IMG/VR virus record: IMGVR_UViG_3300028045_001344 | Location: 64,001 to 128,000 of that record | Direction: 5' to 3' (one strand) | Length of the DNA stretch: 64,000 nt | From: a virus | Shown: positions 17,396 to 26,292 of the stretch, piece after piece | Layout of the letters: each line of letters opens with the position of its first letter | Numbering within the stretch: position 1 is the first letter of the stretch | The notes under the pieces: model-generated | The model's database searches: none | What the model saw: only the letters and a program-made list of their open reading frames with translations | What the model was told of the DNA's origin: nothing | Made by a program: the position numbers and the translations under genes

Positions 17396-20300
17396 CTACG
17401 CAGTAACATTCGCATATCCATCTTTCTTTTCTATAGTGATGATTGAGTCCGCAGCATCTTTTAAGTTATCAAGATGAGAAATTAAAATAACAGTTTTGAA
17501 AATAGAAGTTGTAATATCGAGAATACGCACAAAGCCTTCCATTCTTTCAGCATCTAAAGCAGTACCGGGCTCGTCTAAAATAAACAATTGTGATTTGGGT
17601 AATGAAGAAATATTTGTGAACGCCAAACGTATTGCCATCGCAGCCACAGTTTTTTCCGCACCACTAGCCATTTCTAATGGACTAGGATCACGATCTGGTT
17701 GTTGGATATAAATATCTAGACGATTGTCGTCCGTCTCAAAGAGCACTTGGAAATCTACTACATTCGCAAGTATCTTGGAAATCTCATTATTAATTGTTGG
17801 CAAACTCTTTTTGATTATGTTATATGCAATACCGTTCGGGTGCATACAACGCATATACAGATCGTGTGCTTCATAATCATTCTTTAGGTTTTCGCACTTG
17901 GTCTTTTCTACTTCGAGATTTTGAATTCTATGTTCGCTAAACCCATGAAGTTTATAAAGCCTTAACAATTCACTTTCGCATTCCTCTAGATTGATACCGC
18001 ACTTCCTAAGCACAGAAATCTTTAAGTTCTTATCTTTAACAATCCCTTCTAAATCTTCTATGACCTCCTTATTATCATCATAAAACTTTTCTTTCTCTTG
18101 GAGTTCTCTTATTTCGTGTTCTATGATCAATTTCTTTGAGGATAGGTTCTCTATCAAAAGTTCATCAGTAGGTATCTGATTCTCTAAATCTTTTTTGAGT
18201 TTCAGTAGATCCTCAAACTTGGCAAGATGGCTCTCTACATTATCAATTTCTAAAGAATTCATTTCCACTTGAATTGATTGGGACTCCTCCTGTTTAGTTT
18301 GTTGACCAATTTGAACTAATGGAATTTTATTTTTGGCTTCATACGCATCACGAATAAATTTACAATGTGAAAATTCAGATCCACAAGGAACCTCTTTCAA
18401 TAACTTCGCTCGCGTCTCAAATTGAGATAATTCAGTTTTACTGGCTTTTAGATCTAAAGTGATATTCACTAGTTCTTTTTCGAGTTCTAGATATTTTCGC
18501 TTCTGTGAAAATAGAAAATCCTCATCAAACGATTTAATGAAATCGTTAGCTTTAGTAATTTTGTTTTTATTTTTGATGTTCTCATCAGTCTTGTGTATTA
18601 TGTCTTTTTCGTATAGTAACAACCTCTTCTCTGACTGAGATATGGAATTACGAATATTAAGAATATCAATGATTTCTGTGGGGGCTGATTGAATTTTATC
18701 TTCTAGATCTGAAATCTGATCCTTTAGAACAACAGCCTCCTTCTTTAATATCTCACAACTATTTTTTCTTTTCATCGTCGCGGCTTCGTTATCAAGAAGA
18801 TCTTTATGGGCTATCCTTATGTCTTCATCATAATCAACCGCATCAAGAACTTTAATCTCGGATTTGATATCGGCTGCATCTTCCTTGGCTGTCTTAAACT
18901 TTTTATCAAAGATTTCTAAATCTAAAAACTTTGCCAATATTTCTTTACGCCTTGTAGAGCCTTCATTAATAAATGCTAGCGCACCCAATTGAGAACTCAT
19001 AGAAGTTATTAAGAAATCGTCAAGACTTCCAAAATATTTCATAATATTCTTGTCGGTGTCTGAGCGAGTAAGCCCATTTAAAGATTCTTCCTTTTCAGTC
19101 GCTATGTCCCAAGATTTAAAGTCTACAACAGTTTTAGCCTCAACTGTTTCTGCCCCTTTTAGCCGCTTGAGATACTTGCTGGATTCTCTCCTGATTGTAT
19201 ATACTTTGTTGCCTCGCCTAATCTTAACCTGACCAAAGCCTTCGGTCTTGTTGTTATTGATTATGTTGAGGTTCTTGCGTGAATTCTTTGAAATTGAGTT
19301 GTAGATCGTATACAAAAGTGAATCAACGATACTGGACTTGCCTGAAAAGTTACGACCATAAATCCCAGTAATTCCACTATAATTGGTAAAGTCTATGCGA
19401 TTGTCTTCACCATAATTAAACAGGTTGCTCCACTCTAGTTCCAAGATTTCAAAATCCACATTACGATAAGTCTCGTCATTGTTCTCGACAATCTGTTTAT
19501 ATTTTTTATTTAGATCCCGGATCTTCTTTTCAAGAGCTTCATCAATTTTATAGTCTTCTAGATATTCGCCAATTAGTTTTTCTTGAACTACAAGATCTCT
19601 GAGGTTTTCTTTTTGAAAGGAGTCTCCTATCTCTACACCGTTGGTAAACGTAGATTTATTCACGACCGTAATTGATTCTGGCTTGTGCCGTTTTTTTGCA
19701 ACATCCACAGCCTTCTTTAGTGCTATAGCAGAAATACTATTCTCTACCACCAATCGCAAACGAGCACCTTCAGGAACAGAAGTTTCGGGAACTTTACCAT
19801 CCGTGGTAAGAGGTAGTGAGATAAATGGTTTTGGATTTGTAAGAGTAACGGGTCTAACAGTAAAATCTTCTTTACTTTCAATATCCCAAATCAAGAAACC
19901 TTTACAAGTTCCTTCGCCATGATTTTGTTGGATAGTGCTACCAGCATAGCGAACGCGGCCGGCTTTGTCCATAATTTGATTTGTGAGATGAATATCTCCC
20001 AACATCGCATAATCAAATTTATCAAAGATCGAAATGTCATGCTCGCCAATATCCATCTTCCAGCCTATGTCTGTTTGACAACCACTAATGGAGCCATGAT
20101 AAAGAGCAATATTTATTTGATCAGGATTGGATGGCTCTTTCCAATTTTCTTCATCAAACACGCTCAACACGTTTAAGGTAAACTCGTGACCCATATCAAC
20201 TTCGCAAGAGTTCTTTAGTAAATGTAGGTTGGAATGATTAAGAGATTTTACGATTGGAGTGATTGCATCTTGTCTGCTTGTGTTTCTTAAGTTGCCGTCG

Positions 20301-20539
20301 TGATTGCCTAAGATGATATATGTTGGGGCAATCTCCGCTAAATTATAAAGAAAGTCAGAAGTCATCTCCACATATTCAGGAGAAATCTGTGTCTTGGTGT
20401 GGCATATGTCGCCACAATGAACAATATAATCCACCTTCTCTTTTCGGAGAGTTTCATATATTTTATTAAATATAATCTTATATTCGGTGTGATATTTGAG
20501 ATTGCGAATATGGGTATCCGCGATGTGAGCAAACTTCAT
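17396..20539 (-). CDS. Fused Mre11/SbcD nuclease and Rad50/SbcC ATPase (gp47-gp46 fusion)
   Basis: ADTHI, HCGD, LGNHD, YHG and GDIH phosphoesterase motifs; GRNFSGKSS Walker A; coiled coil with PCGSEFSHC hook; ASGAE signature; ILDEPG Walker B; ISH. Confidence 0.92.
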   Translation of the reverse strand: MKFAHIADTHIRNLKYHTEYKIIFNKIYETLRKEKVDYIVHCGDICHTKTQISPEYVEMTSDFLYNLAEIAPTYIILGNHDGNLRNTSRQDAITPIVKSLNHSNLHLLKNSCEVDMGHEFTLNVLSVFDEENWKEPSNPDQINIALYHGSISGCQTDIGWKMDIGEHDISIFDKFDYAMLGDIHLTNQIMDKAGRVRYAGSTIQQNHGEGTCKGFLIWDIESKEDFTVRPVTLTNPKPFISLPLTTDGKVPETSVPEGARLRLVVENSISAIALKKAVDVAKKRHKPESITVVNKSTFTNGVEIGDSFQKENLRDLVVQEKLIGEYLEDYKIDEALEKKIRDLNKKYKQIVENNDETYRNVDFEILELEWSNLFNYGEDNRIDFTNYSGITGIYGRNFSGKSSIVDSLLYTIYNSISKNSRKNLNIINNNKTEGFGQVKIRRGNKVYTIRRESSKYLKRLKGAETVEAKTVVDFKSWDIATEKEESLNGLTRSDTDKNIMKYFGSLDDFLITSMSSQLGALAFINEGSTRRKEILAKFLDLEIFDKKFKTAKEDAADIKSEIKVLDAVDYDEDIRIAHKDLLDNEAATMKRKNSCEILKKEAVVLKDQISDLEDKIQSAPTEIIDILNIRNSISQSEKRLLLYEKDIIHKTDENIKNKNKITKANDFIKSFDEDFLFSQKRKYLELEKELVNITLDLKASKTELSQFETRAKLLKEVPCGSEFSHCKFIRDAYEAKNKIPLVQIGQQTKQEESQSIQVEMNSLEIDNVESHLAKFEDLLKLKKDLENQIPTDELLIENLSSKKLIIEHEIRELQEKEKFYDDNKEVIEDLEGIVKDKNLKISVLRKCGINLEECESELLRLYKLHGFSEHRIQNLEVEKTKCENLKNDYEAHDLYMRCMHPNGIAYNIIKKSLPTINNEISKILANVVDFQVLFETDDNRLDIYIQQPDRDPSPLEMASGAEKTVAAMAIRLAFTNISSLPKSQLFILDEPGTALDAERMEGFVRILDITTSIFKTVILISHLDNLKDAADSIITIEKKDGYANVTA

Positions 20540-20547
20540 TACTTACC

Positions 20548-20575
20548 ATTATACCAGGAGATATGGTTAAGTCAA
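20548..20575 (-). promoter_or_regulatory. Sigma70-type promoter TTGACT-N16-TATAAT with extended -10 TG
   Basis: -35 at 20570-20575, -10 at 20548-20553, 8 nt before ATG 20539; no SD. Confidence 0.75.
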
Positions 20576-20579
20576 GAGA

Positions 20580-20603
20580 AAGTTTTGATTTAGTTAATTT
20601 CAT
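20580..20603 (-). pseudogene. Leader-only remnant MKLTKSKL behind a TAGGAG RBS
   Basis: ATG AAA TTA ACT AAA TCA AAA CTT matches the MK[LI]TRSQL leader, then runs into the sigma70 promoter; the frame stops at 20478. Confidence 0.6.
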
Positions 20604-20661
20604 TTGTTTCTCCTATTAAAACGAAAGTTTCTCCAATAAATAGTTGTTTAGAGAAGTAAAA
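20599..20661. repeat. 63-bp direct repeat, copy 2 (primase 3' end, ACTATTTA, RBS, ATG)
   Basis: 57/63 identical to 21499..21561, exactly 900 bp away. Confidence 0.9.
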
Positions 20662-20663
20662 CA

Positions 20664-21503
20664 CTACCCTTTATATAACTTATCAAAAAGGTTACTACCA
20701 CCATCGTAAAGCATTTCTTCTATAGTGTTTACAAGTTCTTCTGGTGTTGCATATGGGGAGCCACCTGAATATGCGCGATTGATAAATTCTTTTATAGAAG
20801 TTCTTGCTTTTTTTTGTAGCACACGAACTGGGGTGGCTGAAGACTTTGTAGAATAAACATAGTTGGATGCGGGGTCGGCTTTTCCTTTTCCCGTTTCGGG
20901 ATGTATATAACAATCATCTCCTTTCGGTTTTGTTTGTGGATCGTCTATATCGTCAAATTTTCTAGCTTTAATTTTTATTCCCGTCGCTCCGGTTCCTCTT
21001 GCAAGCCACTGTTTGTAGATATTTTGAGCGGGTTTTGAAAGAGCAAACCTATCCGCCATTAATCCCCCCGCTACTGACTTAGTATAAAGAAGTGCCGTAT
21101 CATACAGAAGTGGACCATACCCATTTCTTGCCGCGCTTCTCTTGATTGTAAATATTTTCTTACCAGCCGCAAAACACGGCACACCGCGTTCAGCCCATAT
21201 CTCCACATCGATGATTCCCTTAATGCTTTGAGAAATCTTTTTTTGGACTGTCTTATTTTCAAGTGGATCATTTTTCCGATTTTGTCGATGGAACATAAAC
21301 TGATCTTGCTCATCCCACTCGTCGAAATCACTAGGTTTGGGTTTCAATTTATTTTTTCCTATCGAATTTATAAACTCCTCTGTGTCAAAGAGTAACAAAT
21401 ACTTACCGTCCCTACTTGAGTTAATAAGCATACCCAAATTCGTAGTGTCGGTGACAGCTTCCTCGTTCAAATACTCACGCCAGTTTTCCATTAAAAGCTT
21501 CAT
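20664..21503 (-). CDS. Leader-bearing protein (MKLLMENWREYLNEE) with a probable GNAT-like fold
   Basis: SAARNGYGPLLYDTAL resembles the acetyl-CoA-binding R/QxxGxG motif, followed by LMAD...LSKPAQNIY; flanked by direct repeats. Confidence 0.55.
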   Translation of the reverse strand: MKLLMENWREYLNEEAVTDTTNLGMLINSSRDGKYLLLFDTEEFINSIGKNKLKPKPSDFDEWDEQDQFMFHRQNRKNDPLENKTVQKKISQSIKGIIDVEIWAERGVPCFAAGKKIFTIKRSAARNGYGPLLYDTALLYTKSVAGGLMADRFALSKPAQNIYKQWLARGTGATGIKIKARKFDDIDDPQTKPKGDDCYIHPETGKGKADPASNYVYSTKSSATPVRVLQKKARTSIKEFINRAYSGGSPYATPEELVNTIEEMLYDGGSNLFDKLYKG

Positions 21504-21561
21504 TTGTTTCTCTGATTAAAACGAAAGTTTCTCCAATAAATAGTTGTCTAAAGAAACAAAA
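21499..21561. repeat. 63-bp direct repeat, copy 1
   Basis: Spans the last primase codons (LDNYLLEKLSF*), ACTATTTA at 21537-21544, and ATG 21503. Confidence 0.9.
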
Positions 21562-22427
21562 GTGGAAGTTTTCTTGCGAGCTTGGAATGTTTCCTTATCC
21601 ATCTCTCCAATGTCTCCAAACCCCGAAGTATCAACCCGGTAAACATCCACGCCATATGACATAAATAGTTTGCTTATTTTAAACTCTTTTGCGCGGGCAT
21701 CATCATCCAGGGCAATATATATCTTATCGCAGTTCTCCACAATCTTTTGAAAACTATAGCTATTTTCTCGTAGTGTAGAGCCAAGCAAAGGAATTGCGTT
21801 GGTTGCCTTTATTGCGTCGAACACACCTTCCACAATTGTGATGTCTTTATCCCAATCAAGATACAGTTCGTTAAAGATGAAGTCGCGTTCTGCTGGTGGG
21901 TTTTTATATTTCATCCAGTCGTCGCTATATCCTCTAGCAATAAAATAATTAATGTTTCCGTCAAGATCAAATGAAGGCACGATCACTCTTTTGGCATACT
22001 GCCCGTCTGGGCAATATCCAATCTTCCACCACAAAATATCTTCGCGGTCAATGCCTCGGGTCTTTAAATAATTTCTGGCTGGCAAAGAAAGCGGAGTAGG
22101 TTTCTTTTTGGTTAAAGAAATAAATTCTTCTGGAAGTGTGACGATGATCTTTTCTTCTTCCGGCTTTTCCAGATCGGACATGTCAACAATTCCGCAAAGT
22201 GTTTTCCACTCGGAACGGTTTTTTGGTTTTCCATAAGATGAAACAAGATGCGAAATCCTGCGACCGTTATAATCGCAGACCCAACACTTAAAAACATTCT
22301 TGTCGAAATTTACTGAAAACTTTGGTTTGTGGTGTTTGCACTTGGGGCAATAAAAAAGAAACTCATCTTTTGATTTGGAATAAGATCCAAGGAAATCTTC
22401 AATTATTCTAACTTTTCTTTCAGACAT
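21516..22427 (-). CDS. DNA primase (Zn finger plus TOPRIM)
   Basis: CPKC..H...CWVC; YLKTRGI; YFIARG; KYKNP; IVEGVFDA; ALDDDA. Confidence 0.9.
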   Translation of the reverse strand: MSERKVRIIEDFLGSYSKSKDEFLFYCPKCKHHKPKFSVNFDKNVFKCWVCDYNGRRISHLVSSYGKPKNRSEWKTLCGIVDMSDLEKPEEEKIIVTLPEEFISLTKKKPTPLSLPARNYLKTRGIDREDILWWKIGYCPDGQYAKRVIVPSFDLDGNINYFIARGYSDDWMKYKNPPAERDFIFNELYLDWDKDITIVEGVFDAIKATNAIPLLGSTLRENSYSFQKIVENCDKIYIALDDDARAKEFKISKLFMSYGVDVYRVDTSGFGDIGEMDKETFQARKKTSTFVSLDNYLLEKLSF

Positions 22428-22936
22428 TCAAAACCTGCTCTCGCAATTATTAAGGAATCAGCCTGGTCATAACAATATGGCTTTGGCTTACCTGTTCTTC
22501 CATACTCTACAGTAAAGTGGGGTTCGTTGTCAATAAGAAAATTCATAACCTGCTCTTTTGCCTTGGTTCCTCTTTTAATAGTAATTCCACATTTCTTTCT
22601 TGCGGAGATTGCAGGGATGTATTCTGGGATTATATCAAATGCCTCATAACATAGCCAAGACACAATACCGTTGAACTTTGATAAAGTTGCGATTGTGTGA
22701 GAAGATGACTTTCCCATCATAAACATATTAAGCGCGGGCTCAATAAAAATATTCTCAAATGGATAAGAGTCTTTTAGTTTATTTATTTTATCTTTGATGT
22801 AAAGGGCTTTGGAAAAGAGATCGGTGAAGTGGTTTTTATTTCTTGTATCCCAGTGGCCTATCTCTGCGATTTGTCCGTTATTCAAAAGAACAGTATATCC
22901 CGTAATGCTCGTGGATATATCAAGTCCCAAAATCAT
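22403..22936 (-). CDS. RuvC-like Holliday junction resolvase
   Basis: ILGLDISTSITG, IFIE, DQADSLIIA acidic catalytic motifs. Confidence 0.85.
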   Translation of the reverse strand: MILGLDISTSITGYTVLLNNGQIAEIGHWDTRNKNHFTDLFSKALYIKDKINKLKDSYPFENIFIEPALNMFMMGKSSSHTIATLSKFNGIVSWLCYEAFDIIPEYIPAISARKKCGITIKRGTKAKEQVMNFLIDNEPHFTVEYGRTGKPKPYCYDQADSLIIARAGFECLKEKLE

Positions 22937-22942
22937 AATTTT

Positions 22943-22948
22943 ATTATA
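22943..22948 (-). promoter_or_regulatory. Perfect -10 TATAAT, 6 nt upstream of the RuvC ATG
   Basis: TATAAT-aaaatt-ATG; weak -35; no SD. Confidence 0.45.
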
Positions 22949-24121
22949 CTAGAAGTCGAGCTTAAGTTTAAGAGTAAACTCATCAATATTTCGTTTTCTA
23001 ATTGGACTAGCCAGTTTTGCTACCGCAATTAAGTTTTTGTCTTTGTCGAATATGCCGACCTTGTTTATATAAGTGACCGGAGAAAAAGAACCAGTCGGAT
23101 CTGGAAAATTAGTTTTTACAATATTTTTAATGGCTAGATTTTTATTTTCCAAATATAAACTAGAGCCTGTGATAAAACCAGAGTTTGCCGCTGTGCCTGT
23201 TACTTGTTGACCATACTCTATAAATGTAGGATTATTAGAAAAGTTAAGTTCACCCTTTGGCATGTGTGTCAGCATAGTTAGGGTTGGTACATAGTTTGTC
23301 CCGCTGAAAGCCATTTGAAAACTCGATGACAAAGCAGTAGATCCTGTATAACCAAAGTCCAGCCATCTCGGGTTAGTTGACCCGCCAGCACCATAGTCTT
23401 CAGTATGGGTAGAAAGAGCCCACGAGCCTGTAAGAACAATAAATCCCTCATTATATAAAACAACACCCGCAACCGAAGCTGAATCCGCCGTGGATGCGGA
23501 GATTACTTGACGCAATTCTCCATTATATATGTCATCTCTTAATTCATTGACCAAGGTTCCTGAGATATAAAATTTTAGAGAGCAAGAACCTTTTTTGATA
23601 GACGACCCGTAGAAGATAGAGGGAATGCTTATTATTTTTATTTCTTGTGTAGCTTTGTCTCCGAGGCTAGAACTATAAAGATAACTCGGACTAAGGCACG
23701 CATATTTATTGAAAGTATTCTCAAGCGCATCCCTATAATATTTACACGCCGAACCTGTTACGCCAGTATCAAACCTCTCAAAAGAAAGACTAGAAGATAG
23801 AGGATAACTGCCAGTTATTGTGTCGCCATAGGCAAAATCATTATTGTAAGCTGTAGTAGAAATGGTTCTAAAAGAAGTGAGCGAGCCTTGTTTTGTAATG
23901 AACGGATAAATCAACTCACCTGTCGGTCGATCTACATTCATCTCATAGAGACTAATATTGCCAGCCGAAACATGAGTTATGTTAGCGTTGCTGAGTGGGC
24001 CTGTGTATTGAGTGTCTTTGTTGTATATTACTGTCCCACTATAGATATGAAAATCTAGTGCAGGATAAGTCTTTATACGATTGTAGAAAAGATCGTTCCG
24101 ATCAAATTTATACAAGGACAT
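22949..24121 (-). CDS. Tail/baseplate protein with tail-collar-fibre-like C-terminus
   Basis: YINKVGIFDKDKNLIAVAKLASPIRK...LKLDF; paralog of 24145..25224. Confidence 0.65.
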   Translation of the reverse strand: MSLYKFDRNDLFYNRIKTYPALDFHIYSGTVIYNKDTQYTGPLSNANITHVSAGNISLYEMNVDRPTGELIYPFITKQGSLTSFRTISTTAYNNDFAYGDTITGSYPLSSSLSFERFDTGVTGSACKYYRDALENTFNKYACLSPSYLYSSSLGDKATQEIKIISIPSIFYGSSIKKGSCSLKFYISGTLVNELRDDIYNGELRQVISASTADSASVAGVVLYNEGFIVLTGSWALSTHTEDYGAGGSTNPRWLDFGYTGSTALSSSFQMAFSGTNYVPTLTMLTHMPKGELNFSNNPTFIEYGQQVTGTAANSGFITGSSLYLENKNLAIKNIVKTNFPDPTGSFSPVTYINKVGIFDKDKNLIAVAKLASPIRKRNIDEFTLKLKLDF

Positions 24122-24130
24122 GGCTAAAGG

Positions 24131-24138
24131 TAATTAGT
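24131..24138 (-). promoter_or_regulatory. Candidate late promoter ACTAATTA
   Basis: Intergenic, 9 nt upstream of ATG 24121. Confidence 0.55.
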
Positions 24139-24144
24139 TAGTAA

Positions 24145-25224
24145 CTAATAATCCAGGCGAACTCGTAAAATCATTTCGTTGGTTGGATCTTTCTTAAGGG
24201 GCTCACTAAGTTTGGCGACTGCCAACAATTCATTGTCTGCGCCGTAAAGACCAACTGTGGTGATATAAGATACCGGCGCGTCCAATTGAGAATTCTTGAC
24301 ACGAATCTTGCTTTCACTCAAATATGAAGGATTGGAACTATAATTGAAATCACTATTATTTGCTCGACAAAAATGAATAGTAGAATTGAGTTCAGTTGTG
24401 TTATTGAATGATATGTTTTGAACACGGTGCCTAAACATATCACACGTTCCAGAAATGGACGTTCCAGTAAGGGCACCACTAATTGTAGTGACCGCTGGCA
24501 ACGCATCCATAAGTGCGCCAACTTTCATTGATCCTGTATTACACCCATCAAATATGGAAGCAGTAAGAACTGCAATTCCGGCTTGATAAAAAATAAGTCC
24601 AGCTTTGGAGTATGTGCCAGTGACACAAGTTGCTGGGGAAGAACAAGTTAAGATTCCATATTCACCCACGGCACTATTCACCTTAAAAGAATTTTGTGCG
24701 TTTGTGTCTCCAAAGGTCAAAAGCCCACCGAAAGGACTAGCATAAGCCGAACCACTTCCGATAATCATTTGAAACGATCCTTTTTTGATTTCATCTTTTT
24801 GGAGTAGCCTAGCAAAGTTTACAAAAACGGCTTCTCTGATTTTGGCTCCAGCAGACGCAATATCACCATCTACATCAAACAAAATCACATCTCCAGCAGT
24901 ATCGTAACCCATGAGTGTCGATGCCATTTGATTATACATATTGATCTTTTTAGCATTTTGAACATTCGTCGATGAACTAAGTTCCGAGTCAGAGGAGTAT
25001 CCAACCGTCAAATCAAAAATGTGGTTGGCTGATGAACTAAGATAAGGATAATCATAAACTGACTGAAACATTCCGTGAGCATAGTTTTTAATATTTAGCT
25101 CCTCTCCAAGCGACCCGGTATATGTTCCAGATACAATCGCTCCGGTAATTGGAATTGCTTCGTGTAAAAGCGTTCTTGTGCTCTTTATATCGTTATTGAG
25201 AAAAGTTTTATAAACTGTTGCCAT
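24145..25224 (-). CDS. Tail/baseplate protein with tail-collar-fibre-like C-terminus
   Basis: FNYSSNPSY...YITTVGLYGADNELLAVAKLSEPLKKD...VRLDY. Confidence 0.65.
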   Translation of the reverse strand: MATVYKTFLNNDIKSTRTLLHEAIPITGAIVSGTYTGSLGEELNIKNYAHGMFQSVYDYPYLSSSANHIFDLTVGYSSDSELSSSTNVQNAKKINMYNQMASTLMGYDTAGDVILFDVDGDIASAGAKIREAVFVNFARLLQKDEIKKGSFQMIIGSGSAYASPFGGLLTFGDTNAQNSFKVNSAVGEYGILTCSSPATCVTGTYSKAGLIFYQAGIAVLTASIFDGCNTGSMKVGALMDALPAVTTISGALTGTSISGTCDMFRHRVQNISFNNTTELNSTIHFCRANNSDFNYSSNPSYLSESKIRVKNSQLDAPVSYITTVGLYGADNELLAVAKLSEPLKKDPTNEMILRVRLDY

Positions 25225-25234
25225 CGTGTTTTCC

Positions 25235-26218
25235 TTATGTTGTGATCTGTTTTATAAATCGAACGGGGATGTCTAATCTATAGCCGGTTGTTGCTCCGGT
25301 GATTTTAATGATTGTATCAATATATTTATATGTTCCTGTTGCCCCGGTAAGACCCCAGGCGGTAGCTACGGCTGCATCTGCGATATCTAAATCTCCGCCG
25401 ATTTGCGTAAACAAGAAATTGCTTGAAATTAATTCCAGGGTAGACTTTATAGAAAAGAACAGTGTGGTTCCTTGTGGTCCCTGGATTGTCGCAATAGAGG
25501 GGGCAGCAATCAAGGTGCTGTTGTTCCATAGTGCGTCCGTGCCGATATATTGCTTGTTGTTGACAATAAATTGTGGATCTGTTTCCTGTGACAAGTAATA
25601 GCTGGCGATATTGTCATCGTCAATAAAAGAAATCGTGGCATTTGTTCCATCGGATGTGCTGGCGATAATCCCCAACCGACTATCAATCTCGATAATATAT
25701 TGGGTTTCTTTGAGATCCTGATCAAGTTCATATTGCCAACTTATTTCCGTTGTGTCTAAGCCTTGATCAATTTTGGCTATCGCTGACCTATCCCAATTTT
25801 CTCCGTTAAAGGTTCCGAGTGGATTGTTAGCCTGCATTTCGGTAACGGTTGCCTGTGTGACTGCCACCGCATATCCTTGGTTCGCCGCAACAACTGATGA
25901 GTCAAGAGCAGTGTTACTGTTTATTTTCAATTCAGGCAAGTAAAGCAAATTTGTTCTGGGAATAGAGAGTAACTTATACTGTAGCATTGACGTGTTGTTT
26001 GTAAACGCTTCCAAGATTGGTGTTTGCATAATCTCTAAATCATAATAAGCCGAACCACTGGAGTTATCCTTGTCATAAAGTTTATAATTTATTTCATCAT
26101 CACCAAGCGCAAACTTTGTGATCCTAAATGAGCCATCGCCCTTCGCGAGCCTATATCGTCCCGTATCTGTTAAAACTGCGTCCAATATAATGTCGCCGCT
26201 ATTGTCAAGAAATGCCAT
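25235..26218 (-). CDS. Tail/baseplate protein with tail-collar-fibre-like N-terminus
   Basis: MAFLDNSGDIILDAVLTDTGRYRLAKG...ITKFALGDDEINY; GGGAG RBS. Confidence 0.65.
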   Translation of the reverse strand: MAFLDNSGDIILDAVLTDTGRYRLAKGDGSFRITKFALGDDEINYKLYDKDNSSGSAYYDLEIMQTPILEAFTNNTSMLQYKLLSIPRTNLLYLPELKINSNTALDSSVVAANQGYAVAVTQATVTEMQANNPLGTFNGENWDRSAIAKIDQGLDTTEISWQYELDQDLKETQYIIEIDSRLGIIASTSDGTNATISFIDDDNIASYYLSQETDPQFIVNNKQYIGTDALWNNSTLIAAPSIATIQGPQGTTLFFSIKSTLELISSNFLFTQIGGDLDIADAAVATAWGLTGATGTYKYIDTIIKITGATTGYRLDIPVRFIKQITT

Positions 26219-26240
26219 GTTTATCTCCCATAATTACAAA

Positions 26241-26248
26241 TAAATAGT
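26241..26248 (-). promoter_or_regulatory. Candidate late promoter ACTATTTA
   Basis: Intergenic, 22 nt upstream of ATG 26218. Confidence 0.6.
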
Positions 26249-26292
26249 TTGTTTTTTTGTTTTACACCATTTTACCATGGGCTAAAATTTCC

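Noticed and set aside
12064-20539. Inteins or introns in terminase or Mre11-Rad50
   Set aside because: Motif spacing is normal; no splice or homing-endonuclease motifs were noticed.
20599-21561. Direct repeats as transposon ends or att sites
   Set aside because: No transposase, integrase or inverted repeats; the repeat is a gene end plus expression signals.
22403-22936. RuvC domain as TnpB/Cas12
   Set aside because: Only 177 aa, no zinc finger or guide locus, and next to primase; fits a resolvase.
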